In this document: in pieces, positions 27,825-38,510 of the stretch
Layout: every line of letters starts with the position of its first letter
Numbering within the stretch: position 1 is the stretch's first letter
DNA from: an uncultured virus (IMG/VR IMGVR_UViG_3300022555_001562)
Taxonomy: Duplodnaviria; Heunggongvirae; Uroviricota; Caudoviricetes
Direction: 5' to 3' (one strand)
Length of the DNA: 54,382 bases
Virus record (IMG/VR): IMGVR_UViG_3300022555_001562
Position numbers and translations under genes: made by a program
The notes under the pieces: model-generated
Databases searched by the model: none
What the model was told of the DNA's origin: nothing
Seen by the model: only the letters and a program-made list of their open reading frames with translations

Positions 27825-29252
27825 ATGGATTCAAATTTATTGAAAGAGGCAATTGCAGACGCAAAGGCTGTCCGACAAACTGCTCTGGCAAATGCCAAAG
27901 CGGCATTGACAGAAGCATTTGGAGAACAACTTTCAGCGATGCTTGCCCCAACACTCGAAGAGGATACCATGGAGCAAACTCCTAATGGTCAAGATCCTTT
28001 AGCTCAAACGCAACCACCCGTTCCCGGCATGGAACAAGAATCGGTCAATGAAGCCGATATCGAAGAAATCATTCGTGAACTCGAATCTGGGATTTCACAG
28101 GATCAACAAGATCCAACTGGAATGGGTGCAAATGTTCCACCGCCAGTACCGGGAGCAGGCGCTCCGCCAGTACCGGGAGCAGGTGCCCCGCCATTGCCGG
28201 GAGCAGGTGCCCCGCCATCACCCGAGATGGGAATGGGAGCAGGCGCTCCTCCATCGCCCGAAATGGGAATGGGTGCAGGTGCCCCACCACCAGTACCGGG
28301 AGCAGGTGCTCCGCCAATGGAAACCCCGCCAGTAACACCAGATGCAACACAAGGAGATGAAGAAATGGATGAAGAATTTGATATTAATGAACTTTTGGAA
28401 TCGTTAAAAGACGAGGACGAAACGTGCAATCTCCCTCCGTGGGAAAAGAAAGGCAATGACGACGAGGAACAATTAGATGAAGGCGTTCCCGTTAAATCTT
28501 CAGGCATTGCAGGTTCTAATAATAAGATGCCGTCATCCGATGCAAGTGCCTCTTCTCATATTGAGTCGGGTGGCAGAGATAAAGTTGGCGGTGGAGAAGG
28601 CTATAAAGCCGGACCCGAAGATGCCACTACAGCTAAACGACCAAATCAGGCTAAAAATGCCAATAAAACAAATCTTTCTACTCCCGGTGGAGCATTAAAG
28701 GAAAATACCGGTGGTTCTACTCCCGGCTATCCAGAAGGTGCTAAAAAGAAATCTACCGGTAATGATCCAAGTGAAGTCAGTGATACGCCAAATGCTGGTC
28801 CAGTTACTCCAGAAAAAATGTCTACTCCTGCTCTTCATAAGGAAAATGTTGCCCTTAAAGGACAACTCAAGGAAGCCGAGGATACCCTCACTTACCTTCG
28901 TACCCAACTTAATGAGATCAACTTGCTAAACGCCAAATTGCTTTACACGAACAAGCTGTTTAAAGAATATAGCATGCATAACGATAAGAAAATGAAAATC
29001 GTTGAAATGTTTGACCTCGCCAAAAATGTTCGTGAAGTGAAAATGACCTATGCGGTTATCGCTGAGTCCCTCAATTTCGGTGCCGACTTTAAAAGAAAAG
29101 TGTCTTCTAAAGTTCAATCTATCACCGAAGGCATGGCGAGTAAACCCATAGCCGGAACTGCCCCTCGACAAATCATTGCCGAAAGTGCGAGATCCGAAAT
29201 GGTGTCTAAATTCCAACGACTCGCAGGAATTAAGACCCCATCAAATAAATAA
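27825..29252 (+). CDS. Prohead scaffolding/core protein
   Basis: Lies directly upstream of the MCP. Acidic coiled coil, many LxE sites, C-terminal FQRLAGI. Confidence 0.8.
   Translation: MDSNLLKEAIADAKAVRQTALANAKAALTEAFGEQLSAMLAPTLEEDTMEQTPNGQDPLAQTQPPVPGMEQESVNEADIEEIIRELESGISQDQQDPTGMGANVPPPVPGAGAPPVPGAGAPPLPGAGAPPSPEMGMGAGAPPSPEMGMGAGAPPPVPGAGAPPMETPPVTPDATQGDEEMDEEFDINELLESLKDEDETCNLPPWEKKGNDDEEQLDEGVPVKSSGIAGSNNKMPSSDASASSHIESGGRDKVGGGEGYKAGPEDATTAKRPNQAKNANKTNLSTPGGALKENTGGSTPGYPEGAKKKSTGNDPSEVSDTPNAGPVTPEKMSTPALHKENVALKGQLKEAEDTLTYLRTQLNEINLLNAKLLYTNKLFKEYSMHNDKKMKIVEMFDLAKNVREVKMTYAVIAESLNFGADFKRKVSSKVQSITEGMASKPIAGTAPRQIIAESARSEMVSKFQRLAGIKTPSNK
28138..28320 (+). repeat. In-frame tandem repeats encoding PPVPGAGA / [12 protein letters not shown]
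   Basis: 24- and 36-bp GC-rich units inside the scaffold gene. Confidence 0.85.
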
Positions 29253-29281
29253 TAGCGAGGAGAATTAAGGAAAAATCGTAT

Positions 29282-31000
29282 ATGGATAATGTAAAAGAAT
29301 TGTTGACCAGTGCGCTGGATCCACAAGCTCGCCTGAAGAAGGAAACCCGTGGACTCGTGTCTAAATGGGATAAAACCGGTCTTCTTGAGGGACTTAGGGA
29401 TGATATCGCCAAGAGTAACATGTCAGTGTTACTCGAAAATCAAGCAAAACAACTGATCGAAGAGTCTTCCGTCACCGGAACCTCCGCTAACAGTGAACAA
29501 TGGGCTGGCGTGGCACTGCCACTCGTCCGTCGTGTATTTGCTGAAATCGCAGCCAAAGAGTTCGTCTCTGTTCAGCCTATGAACCTGCCGTCCGGTTTGG
29601 TGTTCTACTTGGACTTCAAGTATGGATCAAACTCCGGTGTGTTCACTGCTGATTCTAGCACGAATTACTCATCGCTGTTCGGTGGAATCTCGGGTTCCGC
29701 CACTGCCGACCCGTGGAAACTCGGCTCAACCAATGCCCCAGTGGGTGGTCTCTATGGACCAGGACGTTATGGCTATACCATTAATGATATAACTTCGAAT
29801 AACCTCCCAATCACGGTTGGTACTGCATCCCTTGCAGATATTAACTTCGATACTGGTAACAGTAACGATCCCGTGAATGGAAGCATTTCATCGTCTCTCG
29901 CCGCAGGTATGTTGTTCACCGTAACCACAAATGGCTTACCGTCTGCTTCTCTTGCCCTCGCAAGTTCATACCCCGATATGAATGCAGTTCGCTCGTTCGC
30001 CCCCGCTTCTCCTACTATCTACACTTGCTTCCCCGGCTTTACTCGTATCGCCGGAACCGAAGTATTGTTTGTAGTTAGTGCGTCAAAGGCTAATGCGGCA
30101 TGGCTCGGAGCTGAATTAACGGCATCCGTTAATTATTCCATCCAGCCAAAGGATACCAGTCGTGGTGACTTTGAAGATCGCTTGGGCAAAGCCTCTGGTG
30201 ATACCGGATTGAATAAGGATATCGGTATTCCTGAAGTTAATCTTGAGTTGAAGAGCGAGCCAATTGTGGCCAAAACTCGTAAACTTAAAGCAGTTTGGAC
30301 CCCAGAATTGGCACAGGACTTGAACGCCTACCACTCGGTAGACGCTGAAGCCGAATTGACCGCTCTGTTGTCTGAATACGTGTCTATGGAAATCGATCTG
30401 GAAATCCTCGACATGCTGATTAATAACGTTCCTAATATCAATAAGGAACGTTGGAGCGCAGTGCTCAATCGTGAAATCGTCAAGACTGGCGCTAATTCGT
30501 ATGCATTCCAAGATACGACTACTGCCGGTACTGGTGGATATTACACCAAGGCAACTTGGTACCAGACCCTTGGTAACAAGGTTCAGAAAGTATCCAATAA
30601 GATTCACCAGCTAACGCTGCGTGGTGGTGCTAACTTCATGGTCGTCGGACCAGATGTCGCCACTATCCTCGAATCTATCCCCGGCTTCGTGGTCAACACG
30701 GACGGCGATAGTGCCAAATTCGCTATGGGTGTCTCTAAAGTCGGTAGCTTCGCAAGTCGCTTCCAAGTATATAAGAACCCCTATATGCAGGAAAACCTAA
30801 TCCTAATGGGATTCCGTGGAAATAATTTCCTCGAAACCGGTGCTGTGTATGCTCCATACATCCCGCTCATCCAGACCCCACTGGTCTATGACCCAGTCAA
30901 TTTTACCCCTCGCAGAGGTGTGATGACTCGGTACGCCAAGAAAATCGTTAGGCCCGAGTTTTATGGTCTAATCTATGTTTCTGACACCGATAGAGTCTAA
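29282..31000 (+). CDS. gp23: Major capsid protein (T4 gp23-like)
   Basis: Motifs VSVQPMNLPSGLVFYLDF, AKTRKLKAVWTPELAQDLNAYH, YAPYIPL and PRRGVMTRY. Confidence 0.97.
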   Translation: MDNVKELLTSALDPQARLKKETRGLVSKWDKTGLLEGLRDDIAKSNMSVLLENQAKQLIEESSVTGTSANSEQWAGVALPLVRRVFAEIAAKEFVSVQPMNLPSGLVFYLDFKYGSNSGVFTADSSTNYSSLFGGISGSATADPWKLGSTNAPVGGLYGPGRYGYTINDITSNNLPITVGTASLADINFDTGNSNDPVNGSISSSLAAGMLFTVTTNGLPSASLALASSYPDMNAVRSFAPASPTIYTCFPGFTRIAGTEVLFVVSASKANAAWLGAELTASVNYSIQPKDTSRGDFEDRLGKASGDTGLNKDIGIPEVNLELKSEPIVAKTRKLKAVWTPELAQDLNAYHSVDAEAELTALLSEYVSMEIDLEILDMLINNVPNINKERWSAVLNREIVKTGANSYAFQDTTTAGTGGYYTKATWYQTLGNKVQKVSNKIHQLTLRGGANFMVVGPDVATILESIPGFVVNTDGDSAKFAMGVSKVGSFASRFQVYKNPYMQENLILMGFRGNNFLETGAVYAPYIPLIQTPLVYDPVNFTPRRGVMTRYAKKIVRPEFYGLIYVSDTDRV

Positions 31001-31020
31001 CATAACTCCTTCAAATACAG

Positions 31021-31050
31021 GGACTTCTGAGAAATCAGAAGTCCTTTTTT
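31021..31050 (+). terminator. Rho-independent terminator after the MCP
   Basis: ggacttctga-gaaa-tcagaagtcc followed by a T-run. Confidence 0.9.
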
Positions 31051-31147
31051 ATTTGTAGATACACGAAATAGATAACTATCTTTTTGGCATATCCACTCTC
31101 TAAGAATTTAGTTGAACTATAGACAATTATCTGATATAGTTATAACC

Positions 31148-32980
31148 ATGATAATAAATCAAAACGAAATAATAATAACGGAAGACGAGTCAAAAAAATG
31201 TAAATTATGTAACAATATATTTAGATCGGGACGAGTAATGATATGGCATGTTCGAAAAGAACATAAATTAAATTTTAAAAGTTATATTTTACAAACATAT
31301 TACAATAATGAAACTCCTAAATGTTTAAAAACAGGAAAAGAACTAACGTTTAAACCACATCAATTAGGACCATGGTTTAGTAATTATTCTAAAAACAATT
31401 TTCCGAGAAAAAATCATTCTGAAGAATCTAAAGGAAAAATACGAATCGGATGCGAGAGAACTTCAATGAATAAATTCGGGGTTAAAAATGTGTTTCAAAC
31501 AGAATGGTGCAAGGAAAAAATAAAAAATACTATTAAAGAAAAATATGGAGTTAATAATCCGATGCAAATTGATGAGTTTAAACAAAAAATGATTAATTCA
31601 TTTTTTGAAACGATAAAAAATCGTCCAATTAAAACTTATATAAAAACTAATATAGATCCTAATCGTCCATCAAAATTAGAATTTGATTTTTCAAACAAAC
31701 TGAAATGTAATAACATTGACTTTATATCTCCTTTTGTATACAATGGAAAACGTTTTGATTTTTATATTCCAATTTTAAATACAATTATTGAACTCGATGG
31801 TGAAGCATATCATAAAGATCAGTTAGAATCATTAACTCTTAAAACAATAAACGGAAGTAGGAATGATTACAATAAAAATAATATAATAGATAAATCATTT
31901 TATGATTTTTATCGAATACGATATCATATTGATCGGTTTATTTTTAACGATGTTGCATCTTTAAATAAAGCAATCAACGAAAATAAATATTTTCCGAATT
32001 ATGGAATTAAATATAAACAAAAAATTGTTGAAAGGAAATATTTCAAACGGTATATCAGTTCCAAGGGAAAAGAAAACCTTTTAAAATATTCTTATTTATT
32101 CTTAAAATTCATTAGGGCATTTCAGCCGGAGTTACCGTATCCGGATTTGGAGGAAGAATTGGGTAATATATTACAAAAGGTAGCTAATTATGATATAGCG
32201 AGGGTATATGATAAGGGCACCGGGAATTTTTCGAGTAACATATCAATGGTAGGGAACAATTATTTAAAGCATTATTTTCATTCGTATTGGGGAGCAAAGT
32301 TTTCGGGTAATTTGAGTCCAAAGGAGGCATGGTTAGATAATAAGATAATGAAAGAGGTTATAGAATATCGGGTTGGGTGTAATAACAGCAATGAGGTATA
32401 TGATTTTAGTTTACATCAAGTGGTGAGGGGATTATCAGCGAGGAGGATTACGGTATCTTTTTTTCCTTCTTTATTAGCCGCCAGCATTTATTCGGTTATA
32501 TTAGGAGATAAAGAATATCCGGTGGTATTAGATCCTTGTTGTGGGTTTGGAGGAAGGTTACTAGGATTTAAGAGTAAATATCCTAATGGGACATATATTG
32601 GATGCGAGCCAAATATTGAGACATATAATGAGTTACAGGATTTAGTTAAACGGGCGAATTGGAAGAATGTAACTATATATAATTGTAAATTTGAAGAATT
32701 TGAAGATGGAACTGACAACTATGATTTGATATTTACTTCTATTCCATATTATGATATTGAGATATATAGTAACAATACTGGGTATGGATCATTTGATGGA
32801 TGGAGGGATACATTTATTAAATCGATAGAGAAATACCGGGGAAAGAATTGTTATATTAATGTAGCGACGGAAGTGGCGAATCGGTTACAATGGAATGACC
32901 GTCCGTATAAAATTTTAAAGAATACTTCACATTTTTGTAAAAGCCGGAATCAAAGAATGGAACCTATTGTTAGGTTATGA
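31148..32980 (+). CDS. KYG-repeat/DUF559-like endonuclease fused to an amino-DNA-methyltransferase-like domain
   Basis: N-terminal C2H2-like finger, KYG repeats, FDFY..IIELDGEAYH. C-terminal VLDPCCGFGGR (SAM binding) and FTSIPYY (motif IV-like). Confidence 0.7.
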   Translation: MIINQNEIIITEDESKKCKLCNNIFRSGRVMIWHVRKEHKLNFKSYILQTYYNNETPKCLKTGKELTFKPHQLGPWFSNYSKNNFPRKNHSEESKGKIRIGCERTSMNKFGVKNVFQTEWCKEKIKNTIKEKYGVNNPMQIDEFKQKMINSFFETIKNRPIKTYIKTNIDPNRPSKLEFDFSNKLKCNNIDFISPFVYNGKRFDFYIPILNTIIELDGEAYHKDQLESLTLKTINGSRNDYNKNNIIDKSFYDFYRIRYHIDRFIFNDVASLNKAINENKYFPNYGIKYKQKIVERKYFKRYISSKGKENLLKYSYLFLKFIRAFQPELPYPDLEEELGNILQKVANYDIARVYDKGTGNFSSNISMVGNNYLKHYFHSYWGAKFSGNLSPKEAWLDNKIMKEVIEYRVGCNNSNEVYDFSLHQVVRGLSARRITVSFFPSLLAASIYSVILGDKEYPVVLDPCCGFGGRLLGFKSKYPNGTYIGCEPNIETYNELQDLVKRANWKNVTIYNCKFEEFEDGTDNYDLIFTSIPYYDIEIYSNNTGYGSFDGWRDTFIKSIEKYRGKNCYINVATEVANRLQWNDRPYKILKNTSHFCKSRNQRMEPIVRL

Positions 32981-33043
32981 GTAGAAATCGATAAAAGAGA
33001 GTGTTCTTTGCAGTTCATCTGATATTTATATATCAGATTAATT

Positions 33044-35482
33044 ATGCCATTACTTCGAGATATATTATTAAATGAGAAGAAAGCGGTTATACCTGATGAG
33101 GATATTAAGGAGCGTTCATGGATAATTGTTTTTCGGTATAATCCTTCATTAGAAGTATTAATTGTAAGGGATTCAGATAAGCGGTGGACATTACCTGGGG
33201 GACAATTAGACAATGGAGAAACGGCAGAGGAGGCGGCATACCGGGAATTAGAAGAGGAAACCGGTATAGTTGCTAAGAAGCTAGAATTTCTTAAAACGAT
33301 TTATCATGACAAACCTAATAAACTTAAAGTATCTAATGTTTATTATACTGAGGTTTCTAAGACTATTAAAGTAAGAGCCGGTGATGATGCAGAGAAAAGC
33401 AAATGGATTACACCATCTGAGGCCAAGAAGTTATCTGATTTAAGTGATCCTAAAGTTGATGTTATTAAATTAGCGATGGAGAAGGTTTATGATGCCGGTA
33501 AAGAGCTTAAAGAGACGATTGAATTGGCTAGGAGCATGGGTTTACCTCTTCAATTACTTACGGAGTCTAAAAAGAAGCGAAAGACAAATGAGGGGTATTT
33601 AATTGTATTTGAGGGAATCGACGGTTCGGGGAAAACGACAGCCCGTAAAAAGTTAAAAAAATGGTTGGAAGAAAAGGGGTGGAAAGTAGCGGTTAGTAAG
33701 TGGGGAAGTTCTCCCGAGATTGCCAAACTTTTAAAAGTAGGAAAGCAACAAAAGTGGCTTACTCCGATGTTATTTTCTCTTTTACATGCTAGCGATATGG
33801 TATGGAGGCATCAAAACGAGATAGCGCCATTTTTAAAAAAGGGTCATGTTGTTATTTGTGACCGATATCATTATACTAGTTATGTGAGAGATTGTTTACG
33901 GGGAGTTGATAAAAAGATTTTAGATGGGATTTATAAAGATTTTGTAGAACCGGATTTATTATTTCATTTCAAGGTATCTCCTCGCCTTGCGGTAGAACGA
34001 TTACTAAAAGACAAAGGTTTTAAATATTATAGTAGTGGGATGGATATTGGGTATCATAAAAAGATGGAAGAGTGTGCATTGGTATATGAAAAGAAAATGG
34101 ATGCCGAATACTGTAATATTCTTCCAAAGGTAAAAAGTTATAAAAGTGTAGACTCGGAGAGAAGTATAGATGAAATATTCGAAGAAATAAAGAAGTTTAT
34201 TCATGAAAAAATAAAAGAAGTAGAACGTTCTCCAAAGGAAGTGATTGAAGACAATATGATAAAAATGTCAGATTTGATGAGAGATTCCATTTCGAGTGAA
34301 GCGGGAGATTCGTTCAAAATTTTATGTGAAGAATTTCATGAACATAAAGATTGGTTTCTGTATGAGGGATCGGATAAAATAACTACGGTATTTGAAGATA
34401 ATTCTCGACAAACATTTAAGGTTCATTTTCGAGATAATCGCAATGAAAACCGAGAGAAACACCGCATGAAAGCGGCTAGGACATGGAAACGGTTAGCAAT
34501 GGAAATAAGGAAAAACGCAGGGTTAAGTGAAGGTGGGAATCCTATTATTATTCCATGGCAAGAATGTTTTTCCCGAGCATTGAAAAGCGATGGGATGAAA
34601 GAATTTGTGGATGACGGATCAGCCGCCCCGATTTTTGAAACATATATTTACGAGACAGCATCTCTCAATGAGATGACATACGATGAGTTACAACGGAGCA
34701 TGCAAAGATATCGTACCAAAGCAGATATCAATAGAGGAACTACTACGGGAGCAGATGGTAGAGAGCAAAGATCGAAAGAGGTTAAAGTTAGATCATTAAA
34801 AATTATTAGTACATTAGGTCGAGATAAAGAAGAGCATGAAACCTCCACATTTAGTTATAAATCCAATGGAAGCGATCAACGATGGAATGGATTAATCCGG
34901 TTTATAGAAAACAAAAAAGATGGGGAATCAATTCCGGTGGCTCCAAAAAAAGATGATCAGGACGTGGAAGTAAATTGTGACTGTCCGGATTATAAATATG
35001 TCTGGGCCAAAGCAAATTCGGATGTAGATGCGGGAGAGACAGGAACAAAGACTACAGGGGGATTTTCAGCAGGAGGCGCTGTATCTAAGATTGAACCTAA
35101 ATCGATGCAATATAAGACACAGGCAGCTCCAGGAAAACCGGTGAATATTTTTGAAGTTGGAGAAGGAGAAGTTGTTAATGTCGATAGGAGAGGGGGATTT
35201 CAAGGGGGAAATACTAATAATGGGACAGATGGTAAAAGAATTCGAAATCCAGATAACACTCCTGGACTGTGCAAACACTTAATTGCATTAGCGGATTATA
35301 TTGAAGGAAGAACTGTGAATCCAGTAGCTTCTACAGAACCGGGAAAAAAAGAACCATCGGTGGTTGCTAAACCATCTGCTCTTAAAAAGACAGGTAAACC
35401 GGTAAATATATTTGAATCTATTAAACAATTTGCCATGACAAATCCAACTTTTATGGTTAAATACGAGGACGAAAATGATTAA
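33044..35482 (+). CDS. Multidomain protein: Nudix hydrolase + thymidylate kinase-like + SWIM-like Zn finger
   Basis: Nudix box GGQLDNGETAEEAAYRELEEETGI; P-loop FEGIDGSGKTT and ICDRY; CDC...CKH. Confidence 0.8.
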   Translation: MPLLRDILLNEKKAVIPDEDIKERSWIIVFRYNPSLEVLIVRDSDKRWTLPGGQLDNGETAEEAAYRELEEETGIVAKKLEFLKTIYHDKPNKLKVSNVYYTEVSKTIKVRAGDDAEKSKWITPSEAKKLSDLSDPKVDVIKLAMEKVYDAGKELKETIELARSMGLPLQLLTESKKKRKTNEGYLIVFEGIDGSGKTTARKKLKKWLEEKGWKVAVSKWGSSPEIAKLLKVGKQQKWLTPMLFSLLHASDMVWRHQNEIAPFLKKGHVVICDRYHYTSYVRDCLRGVDKKILDGIYKDFVEPDLLFHFKVSPRLAVERLLKDKGFKYYSSGMDIGYHKKMEECALVYEKKMDAEYCNILPKVKSYKSVDSERSIDEIFEEIKKFIHEKIKEVERSPKEVIEDNMIKMSDLMRDSISSEAGDSFKILCEEFHEHKDWFLYEGSDKITTVFEDNSRQTFKVHFRDNRNENREKHRMKAARTWKRLAMEIRKNAGLSEGGNPIIIPWQECFSRALKSDGMKEFVDDGSAAPIFETYIYETASLNEMTYDELQRSMQRYRTKADINRGTTTGADGREQRSKEVKVRSLKIISTLGRDKEEHETSTFSYKSNGSDQRWNGLIRFIENKKDGESIPVAPKKDDQDVEVNCDCPDYKYVWAKANSDVDAGETGTKTTGGFSAGGAVSKIEPKSMQYKTQAAPGKPVNIFEVGEGEVVNVDRRGGFQGGNTNNGTDGKRIRNPDNTPGLCKHLIALADYIEGRTVNPVASTEPGKKEPSVVAKPSALKKTGKPVNIFESIKQFAMTNPTFMVKYEDEND

Positions 35483-36014
35483 ATTAAAATCATTATTATT
35501 GGAGATGATGAAAAAGATAGAAGTGCCGGACGAACCCGGTACCGTTTCTATTCCATCCGATCATCTTCGTTTATATCACTACACAAATATATCTCCTGAA
35601 ATTATTAAAAGGGAAGGTTTATTACAATCCAAATCAAGAGGGAGCACATATGGTGAACCTAATGGGGTATGGGCTTCGTTAGAATTACCACAGAAATATA
35701 AATTGTATGCAGAGTTTTCAATGGCAATAGATGACCGTAGGTTTACTGGGGGCGGATTGGGTCCGGATGTGAGCAAGGGGGCGGAATGGTATAAAGGAAG
35801 AGGCAATGATTTTGTTATATTCGGAGATGTTAAACCGTCTGAAATTATAGCAATTCATGAACCGTGGCATCACTCATATAGATATTTAGTAAAAGATAAG
35901 AAATTAATTGCCGAGGTTTTAGCCGGAAATTTCGATGATTTGTTAAAAGGAAATAATCCCACCGAGGCGAAAGCAATTCTTGCTATAAAAACCAACTTCG
36001 GCAATAGTCACTAA
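35475..36014 (+). CDS. Putative ADP-ribosyltransferase-fold protein
   Basis: MIKLKSLLLE N-terminus; LYHYT..IKREGL..GVWAS..VKPSEI. Confidence 0.5.
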   Translation: MIKLKSLLLEMMKKIEVPDEPGTVSIPSDHLRLYHYTNISPEIIKREGLLQSKSRGSTYGEPNGVWASLELPQKYKLYAEFSMAIDDRRFTGGGLGPDVSKGAEWYKGRGNDFVIFGDVKPSEIIAIHEPWHHSYRYLVKDKKLIAEVLAGNFDDLLKGNNPTEAKAILAIKTNFGNSH

Positions 36015-36024
36015 TTTTTTTAAA

Positions 36025-36810
36025 ATGAAAAAAAGCCAACTTAAAGAACTGGTGCGAGAAATAATTAAACGCACGTTTTGGATGCGAGAACAGAGACTAG
36101 ATGAATCACAAAAAGGCGAGTGGTGGATTTATTCAGATGGAAGCACTCAATATGCGAATGGCGATATAGGAGATTCCGGACATGAAGGATATGTTATAGA
36201 ACATGTAGCTCGTGAAATATATGAACATTTTCTTGGAGATCTATCGGAAGAAATGGGATATCTTGGAGAATATAACGAAGATATTAAACAAGCGTTAATA
36301 TCCGATGGAAACCTTGATGAGGAAGAGTCGAATATATGGGATGACGGAAAACCAACTCAAATTTTAACTAAAAAACTTCTTGAGGATAAAGTCTATAATA
36401 ATGCCCAACAAGCATCGGATGCGGTGATTATTGCGTGGGGGCCTAGTAGTATAGATGCCCGTGAGTATGCCATGGAGTATTTAGGGTGGAAGAGATTAAC
36501 TACTAATAGAGGTGGAACGAATGTTCAGACATGGTTTTTACGGCAGGAAGATTTGGATGTTATTAAACGAGGTATTTATGATGCATGGGGAGATAGTGAT
36601 TATGGAGATGAAAAATCGGATGATAGTAAACATAAAGTTACACTTGAGGTAATAGCCAATCATAAAGTGTTTAGTGATATTCCTATGGAAGAATTAGAAA
36701 AGGCGGCAGTCGGAGATATTATAACGCATCAAAGAGGGCTAGCATGGATGCGAGAGCGTAAAAAATCGGCCCCGATAATTGATCCGATTAATTTTACAAG
36801 GATGGGTTAG
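36025..36810 (+). CDS. Hypothetical protein, possible internal head protein
   Basis: MKKSQLKELVREII...LDE N-terminus. Confidence 0.6.
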   Translation: MKKSQLKELVREIIKRTFWMREQRLDESQKGEWWIYSDGSTQYANGDIGDSGHEGYVIEHVAREIYEHFLGDLSEEMGYLGEYNEDIKQALISDGNLDEEESNIWDDGKPTQILTKKLLEDKVYNNAQQASDAVIIAWGPSSIDAREYAMEYLGWKRLTTNRGGTNVQTWFLRQEDLDVIKRGIYDAWGDSDYGDEKSDDSKHKVTLEVIANHKVFSDIPMEELEKAAVGDIITHQRGLAWMRERKKSAPIIDPINFTRMG

Positions 36811-37538
36811 ATTTGTTTAACATATTTTATCGGAATAGAATGTTCTACGATTACAGTATATGGAGACATGTCGCTGGGCATTTCATCCTGTCCGGTTTCC
36901 CGATTCAATGAAGAACGAATATGGGTTCTAATTAGATATTCCATTATATCTGGTTCGAAATCCAGGTTTAATTTTTTGAGGTTAGATTCTTTCATGAACC
37001 GGTTTAAATCTAATTCTAAACAAATATTCCCATAAGTTCCAAGCGCATATTCTTCTGAATTGGTGCTTGTAAATATTCCACGTGAATATCGATTAGTCAA
37101 TCCAGTTCCGCCACTTCCAATAACAACGCCCTGTTTTTGAATTTCTTCGAATTTTTCTTCGGTAGTATAATGATATACTTTACCGGGATTTTCTTGTAGG
37201 CATTCAAGTGTAGATTCTATCCATGGATTGTAAATTTTAGAAGGATCAATATCCAGTGAGGCTTCTCCCTTATCATATATCCATTGATCGATATCTTTTA
37301 TTAAACTTACCGTTTCGGCATCTTTATCATATTCCACATAGATATTATGTTTTTTATCCCACAAGTTTAAAACTTTACCACTCAAATATTTTTTTCCGGC
37401 TAAATCATATTTTTTGATTAATTTGAGGAGTTCTTCTTTTTCGATGTCATATACAAAATAATCGATATAATCATACCAATCTTCCCATTGTTCGGAATCT
37501 TCGAGCTCTCCTTCGAGAAGTAATTTAAGTTTTATCAT
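36807..37538 (-). CDS. Putative ADP-ribosyltransferase-fold protein
   Basis: MIKLKLLLE N-terminus; VYHYT..IQKQG..GIFTS..YG..IPIKYV. Confidence 0.55.
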   Translation of the reverse strand: MIKLKLLLEGELEDSEQWEDWYDYIDYFVYDIEKEELLKLIKKYDLAGKKYLSGKVLNLWDKKHNIYVEYDKDAETVSLIKDIDQWIYDKGEASLDIDPSKIYNPWIESTLECLQENPGKVYHYTTEEKFEEIQKQGVVIGSGGTGLTNRYSRGIFTSTNSEEYALGTYGNICLELDLNRFMKESNLKKLNLDFEPDIMEYLIRTHIRSSLNRETGQDEMPSDMSPYTVIVEHSIPIKYVKQI

Positions 37539-37539
37539 A

Positions 37540-38430
37540 TTAAAATGGAGATTCTTCTATTTTTACAAATTCAAGAACACTGGGAGGAACAGCATAAACA
37601 GTATAAAATGCGTCTCCTTGACTATCCTGACTACAGATTTTATCAATATCAACATTGGGTAAATTAATTTTTTTAACTCGAAATATTGCAATGTCATGAT
37701 ATTTTTCATCATCGAAACTATGAAAAGCATGTTCGGCTATTTTATAGACCCACCAATCTAATGTGCCCAAATCCGAGAAGAATATTTTTCCTTTACTATA
37801 TTCTTTATAATTAGAAACCGTGACGGGTTTACCTCTTATTTTTAATCCTTCTTTTTGAATTAGCGGGACATATGGAGCCAGCGTTACATGGTAATAATAT
37901 TCATCGGATTTCGATCTTAATTCTTCTTCTAAACCATATTTTTGTAACTGTGTTTTAAATGAATTATCCGTGCCTTTTGCTATTTCAGGAACTTTACCGA
38001 GCCATGTTTTACTCCACTCCATCGATTTGTTAACATCAAATCCTTGATAATCATCTTTTACCCAGAGCCATTTATGGTGCCAAATGTTATTTGATTGTCC
38101 TTCTCGAATATTACCATCGGGAAAAACTGCTATATATTTTCCTACATGAGGCTCTCTGGCAGTATCAAAATCACTGACTTCATCAAATCGAATAAGATTG
38201 GTTTTGTGGTCCCACATAACCGAATTAAATTGAAAGGTAGGTATTTTTTGTTTTAATATTTCTACTGCATTTTTGAGTAAACTATTAGGAATTACTTCTG
38301 AAGCATATTTTCGGTGAACATAAAGTTGTGAACCAACTAGTTTTCCAACTTGATTTTTATATCGCTTAATTGTACTTCCCTTAAGTGTTTTCAGAGCTTC
38401 TTCAATAAGTAAGTTTTTTAATTTAATCAT
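37540..38430 (-). CDS. Two-domain protein with a C-terminal Tpt1/KptA-like ART fold
   Basis: MIKLKNLLIEE N-terminus; after a GLEEE linker, YYHVT..IQKEGLK..IFFS..VPPSVL. Confidence 0.55.
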   Translation of the reverse strand: MIKLKNLLIEEALKTLKGSTIKRYKNQVGKLVGSQLYVHRKYASEVIPNSLLKNAVEILKQKIPTFQFNSVMWDHKTNLIRFDEVSDFDTAREPHVGKYIAVFPDGNIREGQSNNIWHHKWLWVKDDYQGFDVNKSMEWSKTWLGKVPEIAKGTDNSFKTQLQKYGLEEELRSKSDEYYYHVTLAPYVPLIQKEGLKIRGKPVTVSNYKEYSKGKIFFSDLGTLDWWVYKIAEHAFHSFDDEKYHDIAIFRVKKINLPNVDIDKICSQDSQGDAFYTVYAVPPSVLEFVKIEESPF

Positions 38431-38510
38431 GTCGATTAATAAATATAACCATAATAACTGAAATTCGGAAAACGATAGAGTTATCTTGAATAGGATGATA
38501 TTTATGTTAT

